The notes: a model not told the origin generated them from the letters alone. A stretch of 64,000 bases of DNA from Candidatus Babeliales bacterium (GCA_963722255.1 CAVRJO010000001.1:192001-256000); one strand, 5' to 3'; shown: positions 50,760 through 60,737, counted from the stretch's first letter. Numbers and translations: made by a program.

Positions 50760-52473
50760 TCGATCCCTCCGCAATTTCGCGAATAGTTCCTGCAAACATG
50801 GTTTTCAGGAGTGAAGCTTTTTTCCATTGATTAGTATTTGATGTATCTATATTGTTGTGAACATCTTTATTTTTCATTGTTTCTTTTTCTCTTTTTGCAC
50901 TATGTACAGTCTCTGGCTGTGAAGAAATATTTTTTTTGGGTTCTAGCGTTTTATGAACGTCAACCTGCTTAAAAGCAACCGTGAGCTTCATATCTTTTTG
51001 AAATAGTGTAGTAAGTAAAGGCTTCCAAATCGATTCGGATTTTTGAATAATATCATTAAAAAAATTAAACTCATTTCCAAAAATAATATGGATTTCTTGA
51101 ACATCATCATGAGATCCTTCAAAGTATGCTTGTTTAAATAAGGAACTCAGCATCGGATCTACATTACCTAACTGTCCAATAAATTTTTTCCATAAATCAA
51201 TTGACGAATCTTTTGATTCGGCATATTCGATTTTAGGCTTCGGAGCAGCTTCCACTTCTCGGTTATTCAAATCTTGTACCACCGTGTTGTGCAAAGCTTG
51301 ATTGCTACTTTTTATTTTTTTTGTATCGAAAGAATTTTTTATTACTAATGATGAACCAGTAACAGAACTTTTTGATGCTTGGCACATTCTTAAAAGCAAC
51401 ATTTCAAAAAGATGCCATGGATATCCCGTTCTTTGTAAAAGAAGCTCATGTTCATACAAGAGCTCTAGACAACTATTAAAATAATGGACTGATGTGCAAG
51501 AAACAAACGTTTGAATCGCTTCAGAATATTCAACAAAATTTTTTGGTCCGATTTTATAGGAAACCCAAATACAGGTATTAAGTAGCTCGATTAATGACTT
51601 CCATACCGTTTCAACACAAAAGTTTTCTAATGAGTGAGCACTCAAAAATTGTAATAATCTCGTCGAATCGCCTTGTATAACATGCTCAAAAAGCTGTATC
51701 AGGGTGCCATCATCAGTATGGCCAAACACTCTCAATGCTGAAGCTTTTGTAACACAACTACTTTCAAATCTAACCTGCTCAAGCAAATTCAAAGCATCAC
51801 GCACTGAACCTTTTGCTTGTTTTACCACTGCAAGCAATCCATCACGTTCATATGAAATTTTTTCTTGTTGGCAAATATTCTCTAAATGCATAAGTAAAAT
51901 ATCATGAGAAACTGAACGAAATATAAGTTGAAAACTTCTTGAGCGAACTGTTTCAATAATTTTGTGTAATTCCGTTGTTGCTAAAATAAAAAGCGCAGAT
52001 GCCGGTGGCTCTTCCAATATTTTTAAAAATGCATTAAATGCCGCTTTGCTCAGCATATGAGCTTCATCAATAAGATAGATTTTTTTACGACCAATTAATG
52101 GTAGAAAAGCAGCAATATCAATAATATGACGAACATTATCAACACCGGTATGTGATGCACCATCAATTTCAATAAAGTCAGGATGATTCCCCCCTGCCAT
52201 TGCCAAGCATGATCTACATTGCAAACAGGGAATAGAGTTGTTTTTTGGATCTTTTTGAAAAAGTTCGAGATTGGCACAATTAACCGCTCCGGCAAATATA
52301 CGCGCTGTTGTTGTTTTACCACAGCCATGCTGACCGGAAAAAAGATATACGGGGAAAAAATGTTGTAAATAAAGGCTATTTTTTAAAATGCGCACAGAAA
52401 GATCTTGCCCAATTACTTGGTCAAAATCGTGAGAACGCCATTTGCGTGCAAGATTCAAATGCTCTGTACTCAT
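50752..52473 (-). CDS. dnaX: DNA polymerase III gamma/tau
   Basis: LARKWR..FDQVIGQ, GCGKTT, IDEAHMLS..AFNA.LK.LEEPP. Confidence 0.96.
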   Translation of the reverse strand: MSTEHLNLARKWRSHDFDQVIGQDLSVRILKNSLYLQHFFPVYLFSGQHGCGKTTTARIFAGAVNCANLELFQKDPKNNSIPCLQCRSCLAMAGGNHPDFIEIDGASHTGVDNVRHIIDIAAFLPLIGRKKIYLIDEAHMLSKAAFNAFLKILEEPPASALFILATTELHKIIETVRSRSFQLIFRSVSHDILLMHLENICQQEKISYERDGLLAVVKQAKGSVRDALNLLEQVRFESSCVTKASALRVFGHTDDGTLIQLFEHVIQGDSTRLLQFLSAHSLENFCVETVWKSLIELLNTCIWVSYKIGPKNFVEYSEAIQTFVSCTSVHYFNSCLELLYEHELLLQRTGYPWHLFEMLLLRMCQASKSSVTGSSLVIKNSFDTKKIKSSNQALHNTVVQDLNNREVEAAPKPKIEYAESKDSSIDLWKKFIGQLGNVDPMLSSLFKQAYFEGSHDDVQEIHIIFGNEFNFFNDIIQKSESIWKPLLTTLFQKDMKLTVAFKQVDVHKTLEPKKNISSQPETVHSAKREKETMKNKDVHNNIDTSNTNQWKKASLLKTMFAGTIREIAEGSNE

Positions 52474-52526
52474 GACCCACCATTTCCAACTACGTTATTT
52501 AATAAAAAAATTACAACAAAAAGAGA

Positions 52527-52614
52527 TGGGGAAGCTCATACAAGAATAAATGTACCCCTGCTGCTTCTTTTCGGACCTGACAGATTAAGTAACTATTTCT
52601 TATTCACTTCCCCA
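52527..52614 (-). ncRNA. ffs: Signal recognition particle RNA (4.5S)
   Basis: Minus strand GGGGAAG...TCAGGTCCGAAAAGAAGCAGCA...CTTCCCC; helix-8 motif, paired ends, upstream of dnaX. Confidence 0.9.
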
Positions 52615-52682
52615 AATTTATTAATCCTTTAGCTAACTCTCGCTACGCGCTTCGAAAAACAAGTTAACGAAATCTGGCGTAG

Positions 52683-52729
52683 CCAGTCGTAGTTTGCCGA
52701 GCCTGAAGGCCCGGATAAACGAAGACTGG
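52683..52729. repeat. GTAG/CGAA-type palindromic element abutting the tRNA 3' end
   Basis: CCAGTC-GTAG-TTTGCCGAGCC-TGAA-GGCCCGGATAAA-CGAA-GACTGG. Confidence 0.55.
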
Positions 52730-52818
52730 TGGAGAGAGAGGGATTCGAACCCTCGATGCCTCTTTCGAGACATACACGATTTCCAATCATGCTCTTTCAA
52801 CCACTCAGACACCTCTCC
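52727..52818 (-). tRNA. tRNA-Ser(GGA)
   Basis: GGAGAGG acceptor, CATGA-TTGGAAA-TCGTG anticodon arm, long variable arm, GGTTCGAATCC, encoded CCA. Confidence 0.96.
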
Positions 52819-52846
52819 AACAAATTTTATAAGCAAATTCTAATGA

Positions 52847-53728
52847 TTATTTGCTAATTTTCTTTTTAGAATCAACTTTTGGTTGGAAAGCAGGCTCTTT
52901 AAACTTTTTCACTTTTGCTGCTTTTAATGCATCAGCCGATTCTGCATCATCTTCAACATCCAAGGTTTCGGTAGCAAATTCTCGCACTAAAGTTTCTGGA
53001 GACACAACTGCTTCAGCAGCTTGTGCTTGTTGAATACCTTTTTCTTTAGCTTGCTCTTTACCTTTAGCAACAGCGTCAGCTAAATAGTTCAAAATAATCT
53101 TAATAGAATCACGACCATCATCATTTCCTGGAATAACATAGCTGACAAGTTCAGGGTCACTATTGGTATCAACCAAAGCAACTACCGGTACACCAAGAGC
53201 TGCAGCTTCTTTAAGGGCTGCTTGTTCTTTACGCACATCAACTATAACTACAGCACCTAATGGCCACTTAAAATTAACAAGACCACCAAAGTTATTTGCA
53301 AGCTTTTCAGATTCTTTTTGTAAACGGCTCAACTCTTTTTTAGTATAATGAGCATGATCAGCTTTTGATAAAATATCTTTAAAGTGAAGTAATTTTACGA
53401 TTGGCTTACGTATTTGAGCATAGTTTGTTAATGCACCACCAATCCAACGATGTGATACGTATGAACAGTTAGTTTTAGTAGCAACCTCTGTCACAATGGA
53501 ACGAGCAGTCTTTTTTGTTCCAATCCATAAAATAGACTTGTTTTCTGCAGCAACAGATGTAAGAAATGTCGCCGCTTTTTCAAGTAACCGTGCAGTTTCT
53601 AAAACATTCACAAGATATATTTTATTTTTACGACCCCAAATATAAGGAGCCATTTTTGGATTCCAGCTTGAAGTAGGGTGACCAAACGGAACACCTGCTT
53701 CTATTAACTTTTTAAAATCTATAGCCAT
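52847..53728 (-). CDS. rpsB: 30S ribosomal protein S2
   Basis: AGV.FGH...WNPKM.PYI, GTKK, RWIGG.LTN, DTNSDP, IPGNDD. Confidence 0.97.
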   Translation of the reverse strand: MAIDFKKLIEAGVPFGHPTSSWNPKMAPYIWGRKNKIYLVNVLETARLLEKAATFLTSVAAENKSILWIGTKKTARSIVTEVATKTNCSYVSHRWIGGALTNYAQIRKPIVKLLHFKDILSKADHAHYTKKELSRLQKESEKLANNFGGLVNFKWPLGAVVIVDVRKEQAALKEAAALGVPVVALVDTNSDPELVSYVIPGNDDGRDSIKIILNYLADAVAKGKEQAKEKGIQQAQAAEAVVSPETLVREFATETLDVEDDAESADALKAAKVKKFKEPAFQPKVDSKKKISK

Positions 53729-53811
53729 AAATTTACCTTTCCGGGTTATTTTGCTTGCTTTAGTAACCTTACAATTGAGGCACCCGTCAATTAAAGCAAG
53801 AATTTAATACA
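53729..53811 (-). promoter_or_regulatory. rpsB (S2) autoregulatory leader
   Basis: CTTGCTTTA/TAAAGCAAG stem enclosing a hairpin with GGGU loop (53785-53782) able to pair with ACCC (53746-53743) near the RBS. Confidence 0.65.
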
Positions 53812-53860
53812 CTGATGACAATAAGCACTATAACTCTATCAAAAATCTAAAAAATTTCAA

Positions 53861-55285
53861 TTAAATTCCAACAACTGCTTCTTCAGAAAATTCAAGCCCA
53901 ATCACTTCATTACGTTCAATTGCCTTATTATAACGTTTCCCCAACAAAAATGCGGTAATAAACCATAAAACAATTATGCCTGAAAAAAAGACTGAATGCA
54001 GTGGAAAGAAAAGCGCAGGCCCTAAATTTTCAGCAGTCATTACAAATGTTGATCCTACACTCTTTGCAAAACGAGAACCAAATGCGTCAATCCATGATTT
54101 CGATTTAAATTTAATATCTTTTAAGGTCGGAATATATAAACTTTCACGAACTGGTTGTGCAAAGGCATAATTAATCGCTTGTAATAAAATCAAGCCAACA
54201 ACAACTGCAAATGGCGTGTAGCTCACAATAAAGTAAAGGAGAAGCAAGAAGGTAAATCCTGGAACTAAAAGAAGGCATATCCTTTCTCCAAATACACGCA
54301 ACAGGGTCCCTGTTCCTAAGAATGAAATCAGTATTCCAAAAAAGTGCTGTATAAAAGCAACCATAAATAAAAATCCGCTGACTCCTGAAATATCAGTTGC
54401 ATTGTCTTGAGCGACACCAAGCCTATGATAACTTAAGACAGTACTTACAACCTCATAGAAAAATAACATTCCAAAAATACCCAAAATATAGGGACATTTG
54501 ATCAACATTATAAGCCCGGAGAAAATTCCTACCTTTTCATGGCCTTCTGCTTTTTTTTCTTTTTCTCTTTCAAACTGATAGGCGGCTTCATAGCCGTGTA
54601 AAAATTTTTTTGGAACTTTTTTAATTAACATATACACAATAAAGGGAATTATTAACATTAAAAGCGAAAAAAAGCCTAAAAGGAATTGATGACTCACAAC
54701 ATCAGAAAATAGTTTTGTCCCGGCAACGGTTCTATAACTAAAAAGAGCCCATGCAAATCCGGCAGTTACCATTCCACCTATCTTTGAAGCCGAAACTAGA
54801 AAGGCATAACTTTTTTTTGCACCTTCGGGATCATACACTGAATTAGCAAATGCCCAGAAAACACTGATCACAAAAGGAGAAAATCCTTCAATAAAGAAAT
54901 AGAACAACCAACCAAATAATCGATAAGGACTTGCTTCAGTATTGGGAAGACCAATAGTAGGATGGCCCACTAAATAAACACAAAAAAGACCAACAACGCC
55001 GTATACAATACTATAAAAATAGAGAAGTTGATATCTTCTAATCTTATCAACAAGGAAAGAATAAAATAAGATCGCAGGAATAAGCATTAACATCGCCATC
55101 ATTCTTGCAAGAGGAACATATTCCTTTCCTACAATGCTCATAAACATTGAGCTTTTGAGCTCCCTTACTAGGGTATACGCTCCGATTGTAAGAAAAAATG
55201 AAAGTCCTAATAAAATGAGCTTTAATCGCTCTTCTCGCCTGATATTAAAAAATGACTTAAAATACAAACTGAGCTTAGAACTCAT
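53861..55285 (-). CDS. NTP/NDP exchange transporter (TLC/Npt family)
   Basis: Y.LVRELK, FWAFANSV..P..AKKSY, PVRESLYIPT..IKFKSKSWID.FG.R.AK. Confidence 0.9.
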   Translation of the reverse strand: MSSKLSLYFKSFFNIRREERLKLILLGLSFFLTIGAYTLVRELKSSMFMSIVGKEYVPLARMMAMLMLIPAILFYSFLVDKIRRYQLLYFYSIVYGVVGLFCVYLVGHPTIGLPNTEASPYRLFGWLFYFFIEGFSPFVISVFWAFANSVYDPEGAKKSYAFLVSASKIGGMVTAGFAWALFSYRTVAGTKLFSDVVSHQFLLGFFSLLMLIIPFIVYMLIKKVPKKFLHGYEAAYQFEREKEKKAEGHEKVGIFSGLIMLIKCPYILGIFGMLFFYEVVSTVLSYHRLGVAQDNATDISGVSGFLFMVAFIQHFFGILISFLGTGTLLRVFGERICLLLVPGFTFLLLLYFIVSYTPFAVVVGLILLQAINYAFAQPVRESLYIPTLKDIKFKSKSWIDAFGSRFAKSVGSTFVMTAENLGPALFFPLHSVFFSGIIVLWFITAFLLGKRYNKAIERNEVIGLEFSEEAVVGI

Positions 55286-55334
55286 TGAGACCCCCCGCAC
55301 TAGTTAATTATGGCAAAAATATAACTCTTTTTAC

Positions 55335-55374
55335 AGAAGGCCTTCTTATTAATTATTAAACAAGAAGGCCTTCT
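55335..55374. promoter_or_regulatory. Hairpin of two self-palindromic AGAAGGCCTTCT copies between the Npt genes
   Basis: Copies at 55335-55346 and 55363-55374. Confidence 0.5.
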
Positions 55375-55392
55375 TTTCATTGAATAACTAAA

Positions 55393-56745
55393 TTAGCAAA
55401 CAACACGCTTTTCAGCGATTGCTTGTTTATGTGTTTTAGCGAGATATAAAGCTACATATAACCAAATGCCCACCATTCCAAGCGAAGCAGCGGTTGAGAA
55501 TAGAATAAAGGTTTCGCTGGTAACAAATTGTTTAACAATATTAATACCTGAACCCAAAGCCTTTGAACTACGTGAACCGAACATCTCCATGAACGCTTTA
55601 ACTTTATATTTTGTTTCAGGCGTTGTAGGAATATATAACTGCTCTTTTGAAGGTTGGTTTAACGCATAGTTAAGACCTTTTGAGAATACCATGATCCAGA
55701 ATGCAATTGCCAAAGTAGGCTTGAAAGCAAGAATCAATGCAGCAATAGCAATAACTATAGGCATAACTATCAATGCTACGGAAAGACCAAGCTTACGACC
55801 GATGTTATTAACACCCAAGAATACGCAAATACAAGCAAGGATATTGGTATAAACGCCATAAACACCCATGTATGAGGTATATGCGTCTGCGCCGGAATAC
55901 TCTAAGGACGCAAAATATTTAAGATAAAAGTCAAAAATTGTAACAATAACCTCATAAAGCGTAATAACTGCAAAAATTCCAAGCAAATAAGGCTGGGAAA
56001 GAAGCAACTTCATATCATCAATAAAGTTTGTTTTTACTTTAGGCTTTGAATGCGCTCCAGCTGCTTGATAACCAGCAAGTTCCTCTTTTGGAGTCACCTT
56101 CATAAAGAACCATACCATTCCTCCAATGCCAAGCATTACAACGCTTGCAAGCATAAGTAAATTAGGAACACCAATTTTTTCTGCTTGGATAGCTAAGAGA
56201 GGCCCTACGATACCACCTAATTGTGCGCCAAATGCAACTAAAGCATAGCCGCGCTTAGCGGAATCAGGAGTTGTAGTATCTGCAGCAAACGCCCAAAAAA
56301 GCGCCACCATGATAGAACCAAAACTTTCAACGAATGTATATGAAACCCAACCAACTAAGCGACCCAAAAAGTCTGCATGGCCAGCTTGAGGAGTAATAGC
56401 AGGACTGTATATTCCATAATGCCCATGTAACATCACCAAACCAAGCCCTAATGCAATTAATGCATAGATTACACTTAACGCATAGAAAACTCGCTGGCGT
56501 GGAAATGCATCAACCAATTTCGAATATAAAATAACTAAAGGAATAACAACGACAAGGGAAACAAGTTTAGCAGTAGGAATATATTGCGCGCCTACATACT
56601 GGTTAAATACCCCATCTTTGATTGGCCTTAAGAGCCAATATACGCCAATAGTGAAACTAAAAATTCCGCCCAAAAGAGAAAATTTCTTCAATTCAGGCTT
56701 AGTAAAAGTACCCCACCATGTTTTAATAGCCGAACTATTATCCAT
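55393..56745 (-). CDS. NTP/NDP exchange transporter (TLC/Npt family), paralogue
   Basis: YWLLRPIKD, FWAFAAD...SAKRGY, PSKEQLYIPT..TKYKVKAF...GSR..K. Confidence 0.9.
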   Translation of the reverse strand: MDNSSAIKTWWGTFTKPELKKFSLLGGIFSFTIGVYWLLRPIKDGVFNQYVGAQYIPTAKLVSLVVVIPLVILYSKLVDAFPRQRVFYALSVIYALIALGLGLVMLHGHYGIYSPAITPQAGHADFLGRLVGWVSYTFVESFGSIMVALFWAFAADTTTPDSAKRGYALVAFGAQLGGIVGPLLAIQAEKIGVPNLLMLASVVMLGIGGMVWFFMKVTPKEELAGYQAAGAHSKPKVKTNFIDDMKLLLSQPYLLGIFAVITLYEVIVTIFDFYLKYFASLEYSGADAYTSYMGVYGVYTNILACICVFLGVNNIGRKLGLSVALIVMPIVIAIAALILAFKPTLAIAFWIMVFSKGLNYALNQPSKEQLYIPTTPETKYKVKAFMEMFGSRSSKALGSGINIVKQFVTSETFILFSTAASLGMVGIWLYVALYLAKTHKQAIAEKRVVC

Positions 56746-56796
56746 ACAGTACAGTCCTCGTTTAAAAGTGTTTAATATATGACATTCATCGTTCTT

Positions 56797-56825
56797 ACTG
56801 TATCAAAAGATTAATCATTTGTAAA
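56797..56825 (-). promoter_or_regulatory. Sigma70-like promoter for Npt operon
   Basis: Minus strand TTTACA-17 nt-TACAGT. Confidence 0.45.
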
Positions 56826-56890
56826 AAAATATTCAAAAATTCAAGAAACTCATTGTTCTTCATTCCGCATTCATAGTTTCTTGCATTAAG

Positions 56891-57388
56891 AAATGGCCTC
56901 ATGCCGGCTGGCATAACTGCATTACCCAATACAGTTAACATAAAAGTTTTTTAAATTAGGTATTTTTCTGCTATAAAATCCCTATAACCCTAATTCTTTT
57001 TAATAAGATTTTATCTGTAAAGGATTGCATGCCCAATACCTTTAATACACGTTTTTTTAACTTAGGTATTTTTATGTCAAAAATACCTAAAACCAAAAGG
57101 ACACCTAAGAAGTATCTTAGGAATCTCTGTCGCGCAAAAGGCGGGCCCTCGCATATTCTTGCAGAATATGCTGCTGACCCTTCAACGGTTGCGCTCAAAA
57201 GAAACAATTTATAAAATTCTCCGGTAGCTACACGTGGTCCCGAAAACTTAATGCTGTAAGCATTAATGTTGAAGTGGGCCATATTGGAGCGGGAAAGCAT
57301 TCCACCAGCATGGTGGTGTCCTTGTAGTTAAGGTATATTGGACAAGCAATATACCTTATTAAAAAAAATTCCTGCATAAGGGCCATTT
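56891..57388. ncRNA. Candidate large structured non-coding RNA of unknown family
   Basis: End-to-end pairing plus many nested helices forming two four-way junctions; no credible ORF; see findings. Confidence 0.65.
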
Positions 57389-57601
57389 TAAAATACTATT
57401 GCCCGAAGGCACTATTTGGATTAGAATTATTACATACTAAAAATACGACATTTACTAGAGAGTCCCTTTTTGCTACGCTATTAGAAAGGGTCGGTCACTT
57501 ACCCAACTCGATTCCTCCACTTATTAACAAAAATTAACAAAATTTCGAGTAACTTTTGTACTTAAAAAATCAAATAGTACTTATTTGAGACGGGAAAACT
57601 T

Positions 57602-60070
57602 ATGAACAAAGAAATTCAAGCTTCACACAAAGAATATTCGACGCACTATTTGCCGCTTTTGCCGCTCAAAAATGTAATTATTCTTCCAAAAAGTATTTTA
57701 CCTATAATTGTTGGCAGACCTTCTTCAATCCAGGCCGTTGAATTTGCGTTAAAAGACGATAAATCTATTTTTATATCAACGCAAAAAAATGCAGCTACAG
57801 AAAACCCGAACGAAGATGATATTTTTCAGGTTGGCACAAAAGCTACAATTTTACAGGTTATGCGCATGCCAAATGGTTCACTCAAAATTCTTGTTGAAGG
57901 GATTTGTAGAGCGCGCATCTTACAGGCCGACCATACACATGGGTTTATTGGTGTGACTATTGTTGATATGCCAACGACCCATTTAGAAAAAAGTATAGAA
58001 ATCGAGGCACTATGGCGCCACTTAAAAGAACTCTATGAAGATTATACTAAACATAATGAAAAAGTACCTGCTGATCTAATGTCCATCGCAAAATCAGTAG
58101 AAGATATGGATGCTATTGCTGATACGATTGCCGTGCATATAAACCTATCTTTTGATGAACGTCAAGCAATGCTTGAAACACCTGATTTAAAAGAGCGACT
58201 CATCAAACTCAGCGCACTCTTAAAAAAAGAGATCGATATTCTACAAACGGAGCAGCGTATTAAAGGCAGGATTCAAACACAAGTTGAAAAAAGCCAACGC
58301 GAATATTATCTTACTGAACAATTGAAAGCAATTCACAAAGAACTTGGCCGAGAAGATCAAGGTGCCGAGATAGTACAACTGCGCAATAAAGCAAAAAATC
58401 TTGGCCTTTCTGAAGAAGCTTTTGAAAAGGTTGAAAAAGAGTTTAAACGATTAGAACAGATGCCTCCTTTATCATCTGAAGCTGCCGTTTCGCGCAATTA
58501 TATCGATTGGATTTTATCATTACCTTGGAAAAAACAAAGCAAAGACTCAATTAGTCTTGAACAAGCCGAAAAAATTCTTAATAAGCAGCATGCCGGTCTT
58601 TCTAAGCCTAAGGAACGAATCATTGAATTTATTGCCGCTAAAAAGTTTTCAAAATCTATTGAACGTTCGCCTATTATTTGTCTCGTAGGCCCTCCGGGCG
58701 TGGGAAAAACATCATTGGCATCCTCAATTGCTAAAAGCCTCGGTCGAGAGTTTGTTCGAATTTCATTGGGTGGCATTCGTGATGAAGCAGAAATTCGTGG
58801 CCACCGAAGAACCTATATTGGTGCACTTCCCGGCAAGATCATACAAGGCATGAAAAAAGCAAAAACATTGAATCCTCTTATTTTGCTTGATGAAATAGAT
58901 AAAATGGCACGTGATATGCATGGCGATCCAGCATCAGCTCTTCTTGAAGTGTTAGATCCGGAACAAAACAGAACATTCACCGATCATTTTCTTGATATGG
59001 AATATGATCTTTCAAAAGTTATGTTTCTTGCAACGGCTAATATGATTGAAGGTATTCCATACCCACTTTTTGATCGCATGGAAATCATTACCCTAGCAGG
59101 CTATACTGAAGATGAAAAAAGAGAGATTGCTCGTAATTTCCTTATTCCTAAAGGGCTTAAAGAATATCAGCTCACTAAAAAACAGTTTCATATAACTGAT
59201 GTAACCTTACATAAAGTTATCAGCGAATACACCAAAGAGGCTGGCGTTCGACAGCTTGAACGCACCTTAACAAAATTAATGCGTAAGACCATTCAACTAC
59301 TTTTAAAAGATCATACTATAACATCCGTTGTAGTTACTGATGAACTCTTAAAAGAATGGCTCGGGCATCCAAAGTTTAAAAAAACAACACTTGATCTACT
59401 CAAAGAACGTGTTGGCATCGTTACAGGACTCGCATGGACTGAAGTTGGCGGCGACGTTTTAGAGATTGAAACATCGGTTCTTCCTGGTAAAGGAGGCTTA
59501 ACGCTTACTGGCCAACTTGGTGAAGTTATGCAAGAATCAGCATACGCTGCGTTGAGCTATATTCGTTCGCGTGCTTCTGAACTTGGACTTAAAGATTCAT
59601 TCTATTCATCCAAAGATTTGCATATTCATATACCTGAAGGCGCAACTCCAAAGGATGGCCCTTCTGCTGGTATTACCATGTGCGTTTCATTGGTTTCAGC
59701 ACTCACCAAAAATCCTACACGCCCTGACGTTGCCATGACGGGTGAAATTACCCTACGTGGACGTGTACTTTCTGTTGGTGGACTTAAGGAAAAGCTTCTT
59801 GCAGCTCAACAACATAATTTAACAACCGTAATTGTACCTAGAGAAAATCGCGATGATATTGAAGAGATCACCAAAGATACTCCATTGAATCTCAAAATCA
59901 TCTTTGTTGATAACATCGATGAAGTTCTTGTTCATGCATTGCAAAAAAATCCTTTTGAAAAAGCCAAAGAAGCTAAAAAGAATGGTAAAAATGGCAAGAA
60001 TAGTAAAAAGGAAGCTTCAACTTCAAAAAGTTCAAAAACGAAATCAAACGTTAAAGCTAAGAAGAAATAA
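57602..60070 (+). CDS. lon: ATP-dependent Lon protease
   Basis: LPLLPL..., [42 protein letters not shown]. Confidence 0.98.
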   Translation: MNKEIQASHKEYSTHYLPLLPLKNVIILPKSILPIIVGRPSSIQAVEFALKDDKSIFISTQKNAATENPNEDDIFQVGTKATILQVMRMPNGSLKILVEGICRARILQADHTHGFIGVTIVDMPTTHLEKSIEIEALWRHLKELYEDYTKHNEKVPADLMSIAKSVEDMDAIADTIAVHINLSFDERQAMLETPDLKERLIKLSALLKKEIDILQTEQRIKGRIQTQVEKSQREYYLTEQLKAIHKELGREDQGAEIVQLRNKAKNLGLSEEAFEKVEKEFKRLEQMPPLSSEAAVSRNYIDWILSLPWKKQSKDSISLEQAEKILNKQHAGLSKPKERIIEFIAAKKFSKSIERSPIICLVGPPGVGKTSLASSIAKSLGREFVRISLGGIRDEAEIRGHRRTYIGALPGKIIQGMKKAKTLNPLILLDEIDKMARDMHGDPASALLEVLDPEQNRTFTDHFLDMEYDLSKVMFLATANMIEGIPYPLFDRMEIITLAGYTEDEKREIARNFLIPKGLKEYQLTKKQFHITDVTLHKVISEYTKEAGVRQLERTLTKLMRKTIQLLLKDHTITSVVVTDELLKEWLGHPKFKKTTLDLLKERVGIVTGLAWTEVGGDVLEIETSVLPGKGGLTLTGQLGEVMQESAYAALSYIRSRASELGLKDSFYSSKDLHIHIPEGATPKDGPSAGITMCVSLVSALTKNPTRPDVAMTGEITLRGRVLSVGGLKEKLLAAQQHNLTTVIVPRENRDDIEEITKDTPLNLKIIFVDNIDEVLVHALQKNPFEKAKEAKKNGKNGKNSKKEASTSKSSKTKSNVKAKKK

Positions 60071-60104
60071 ACAGTAAGCAATTAAAAAACTTTCATTACA
60101 ATTT

Positions 60105-60146
60105 TTAAAGCACCCATTTTCTCTAGAAGATGGGTGCTTTAATTTT
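60105..60146 (+). terminator. Terminator after lon
   Basis: TTAAAGCACCCAT / ATGGGTGCTTTAA then T-run. Confidence 0.8.
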
Positions 60147-60268
60147 ATATTCTTCAAACAATCTCTCCTTTTCTTCATAAAAATTCGTATAAAACTTGCA
60201 ATCAACCCAATATTTTTACTAGAGTAACTTCAGTAAAATGTTTAACCAAATTCTTTAAGGGAGAATTT

Positions 60269-60712
60269 ATGAAGAAAATAGTATTGAGTTTATTATGCAT
60301 CGGAAGCATATTAGCTCTACCAGGATGCTGGTGTTGTCGCAAATCATGCGAACCTGTGTGCCAAGAAGATTATTGCGATGATTATGATGATTATTGCGAC
60401 AAAGAAAATTATGATGATCGTGAAGTAATCGGACACGAAGAACAACAAGGTCAGGTTACGAAAACCTATTATCGCAAAAAAGGCGAAGCTGCACCAAAAG
60501 GCCCTCGCAAAATAATGTACAAATCAGTTCATCCTGTACTTGATGAAGCACAAGCACAAGGCAAAGAATGCAAACTTCTTGACCCAAGATTCCACAAACA
60601 AAACAAAAAAATGAACAAAGAAGCAATGATGCAAGAAGAAGCGCCGAGAAAACGTTCAGCACGCAAACAAGCTCCAGCAAAAGAGATGGCTGAAGAACCT
60701 ATGGAAATGTAA
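60269..60712 (+). CDS. Cys-rich lipoprotein
   Basis: AAGGGAG RBS; lipobox LPGC followed by WCCRKSCEPVCQEDYCDDYDDYC. Confidence 0.75.
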   Translation: MKKIVLSLLCIGSILALPGCWCCRKSCEPVCQEDYCDDYDDYCDKENYDDREVIGHEEQQGQVTKTYYRKKGEAAPKGPRKIMYKSVHPVLDEAQAQGKECKLLDPRFHKQNKKMNKEAMMQEEAPRKRSARKQAPAKEMAEEPMEM

Positions 60713-60737
60713 TAAATCCATAGTATAGAAATTCTTT

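Noticed and set aside
52405..52632. 75-aa plus-strand ORF
   Set aside because: Antisense to dnaX start and SRP RNA
52633..52836. 67-aa minus-strand ORF
   Set aside because: Translation of tRNA-Ser and the adjacent palindrome
56971..57300. ORFs 56971-57300 (-) and 57029-57214 (+)
   Set aside because: No recognisable motifs or RBS; lie within dense inverted repeats better explained as RNA structure
56891..57520. RNase P RNA, tmRNA, 6S or group I/II intron identity for the structured element
   Set aside because: No GAGGAAAGUCC/P4, no tRNA-like ends or tag frame, no P7 or domain V consensus seen on either strand
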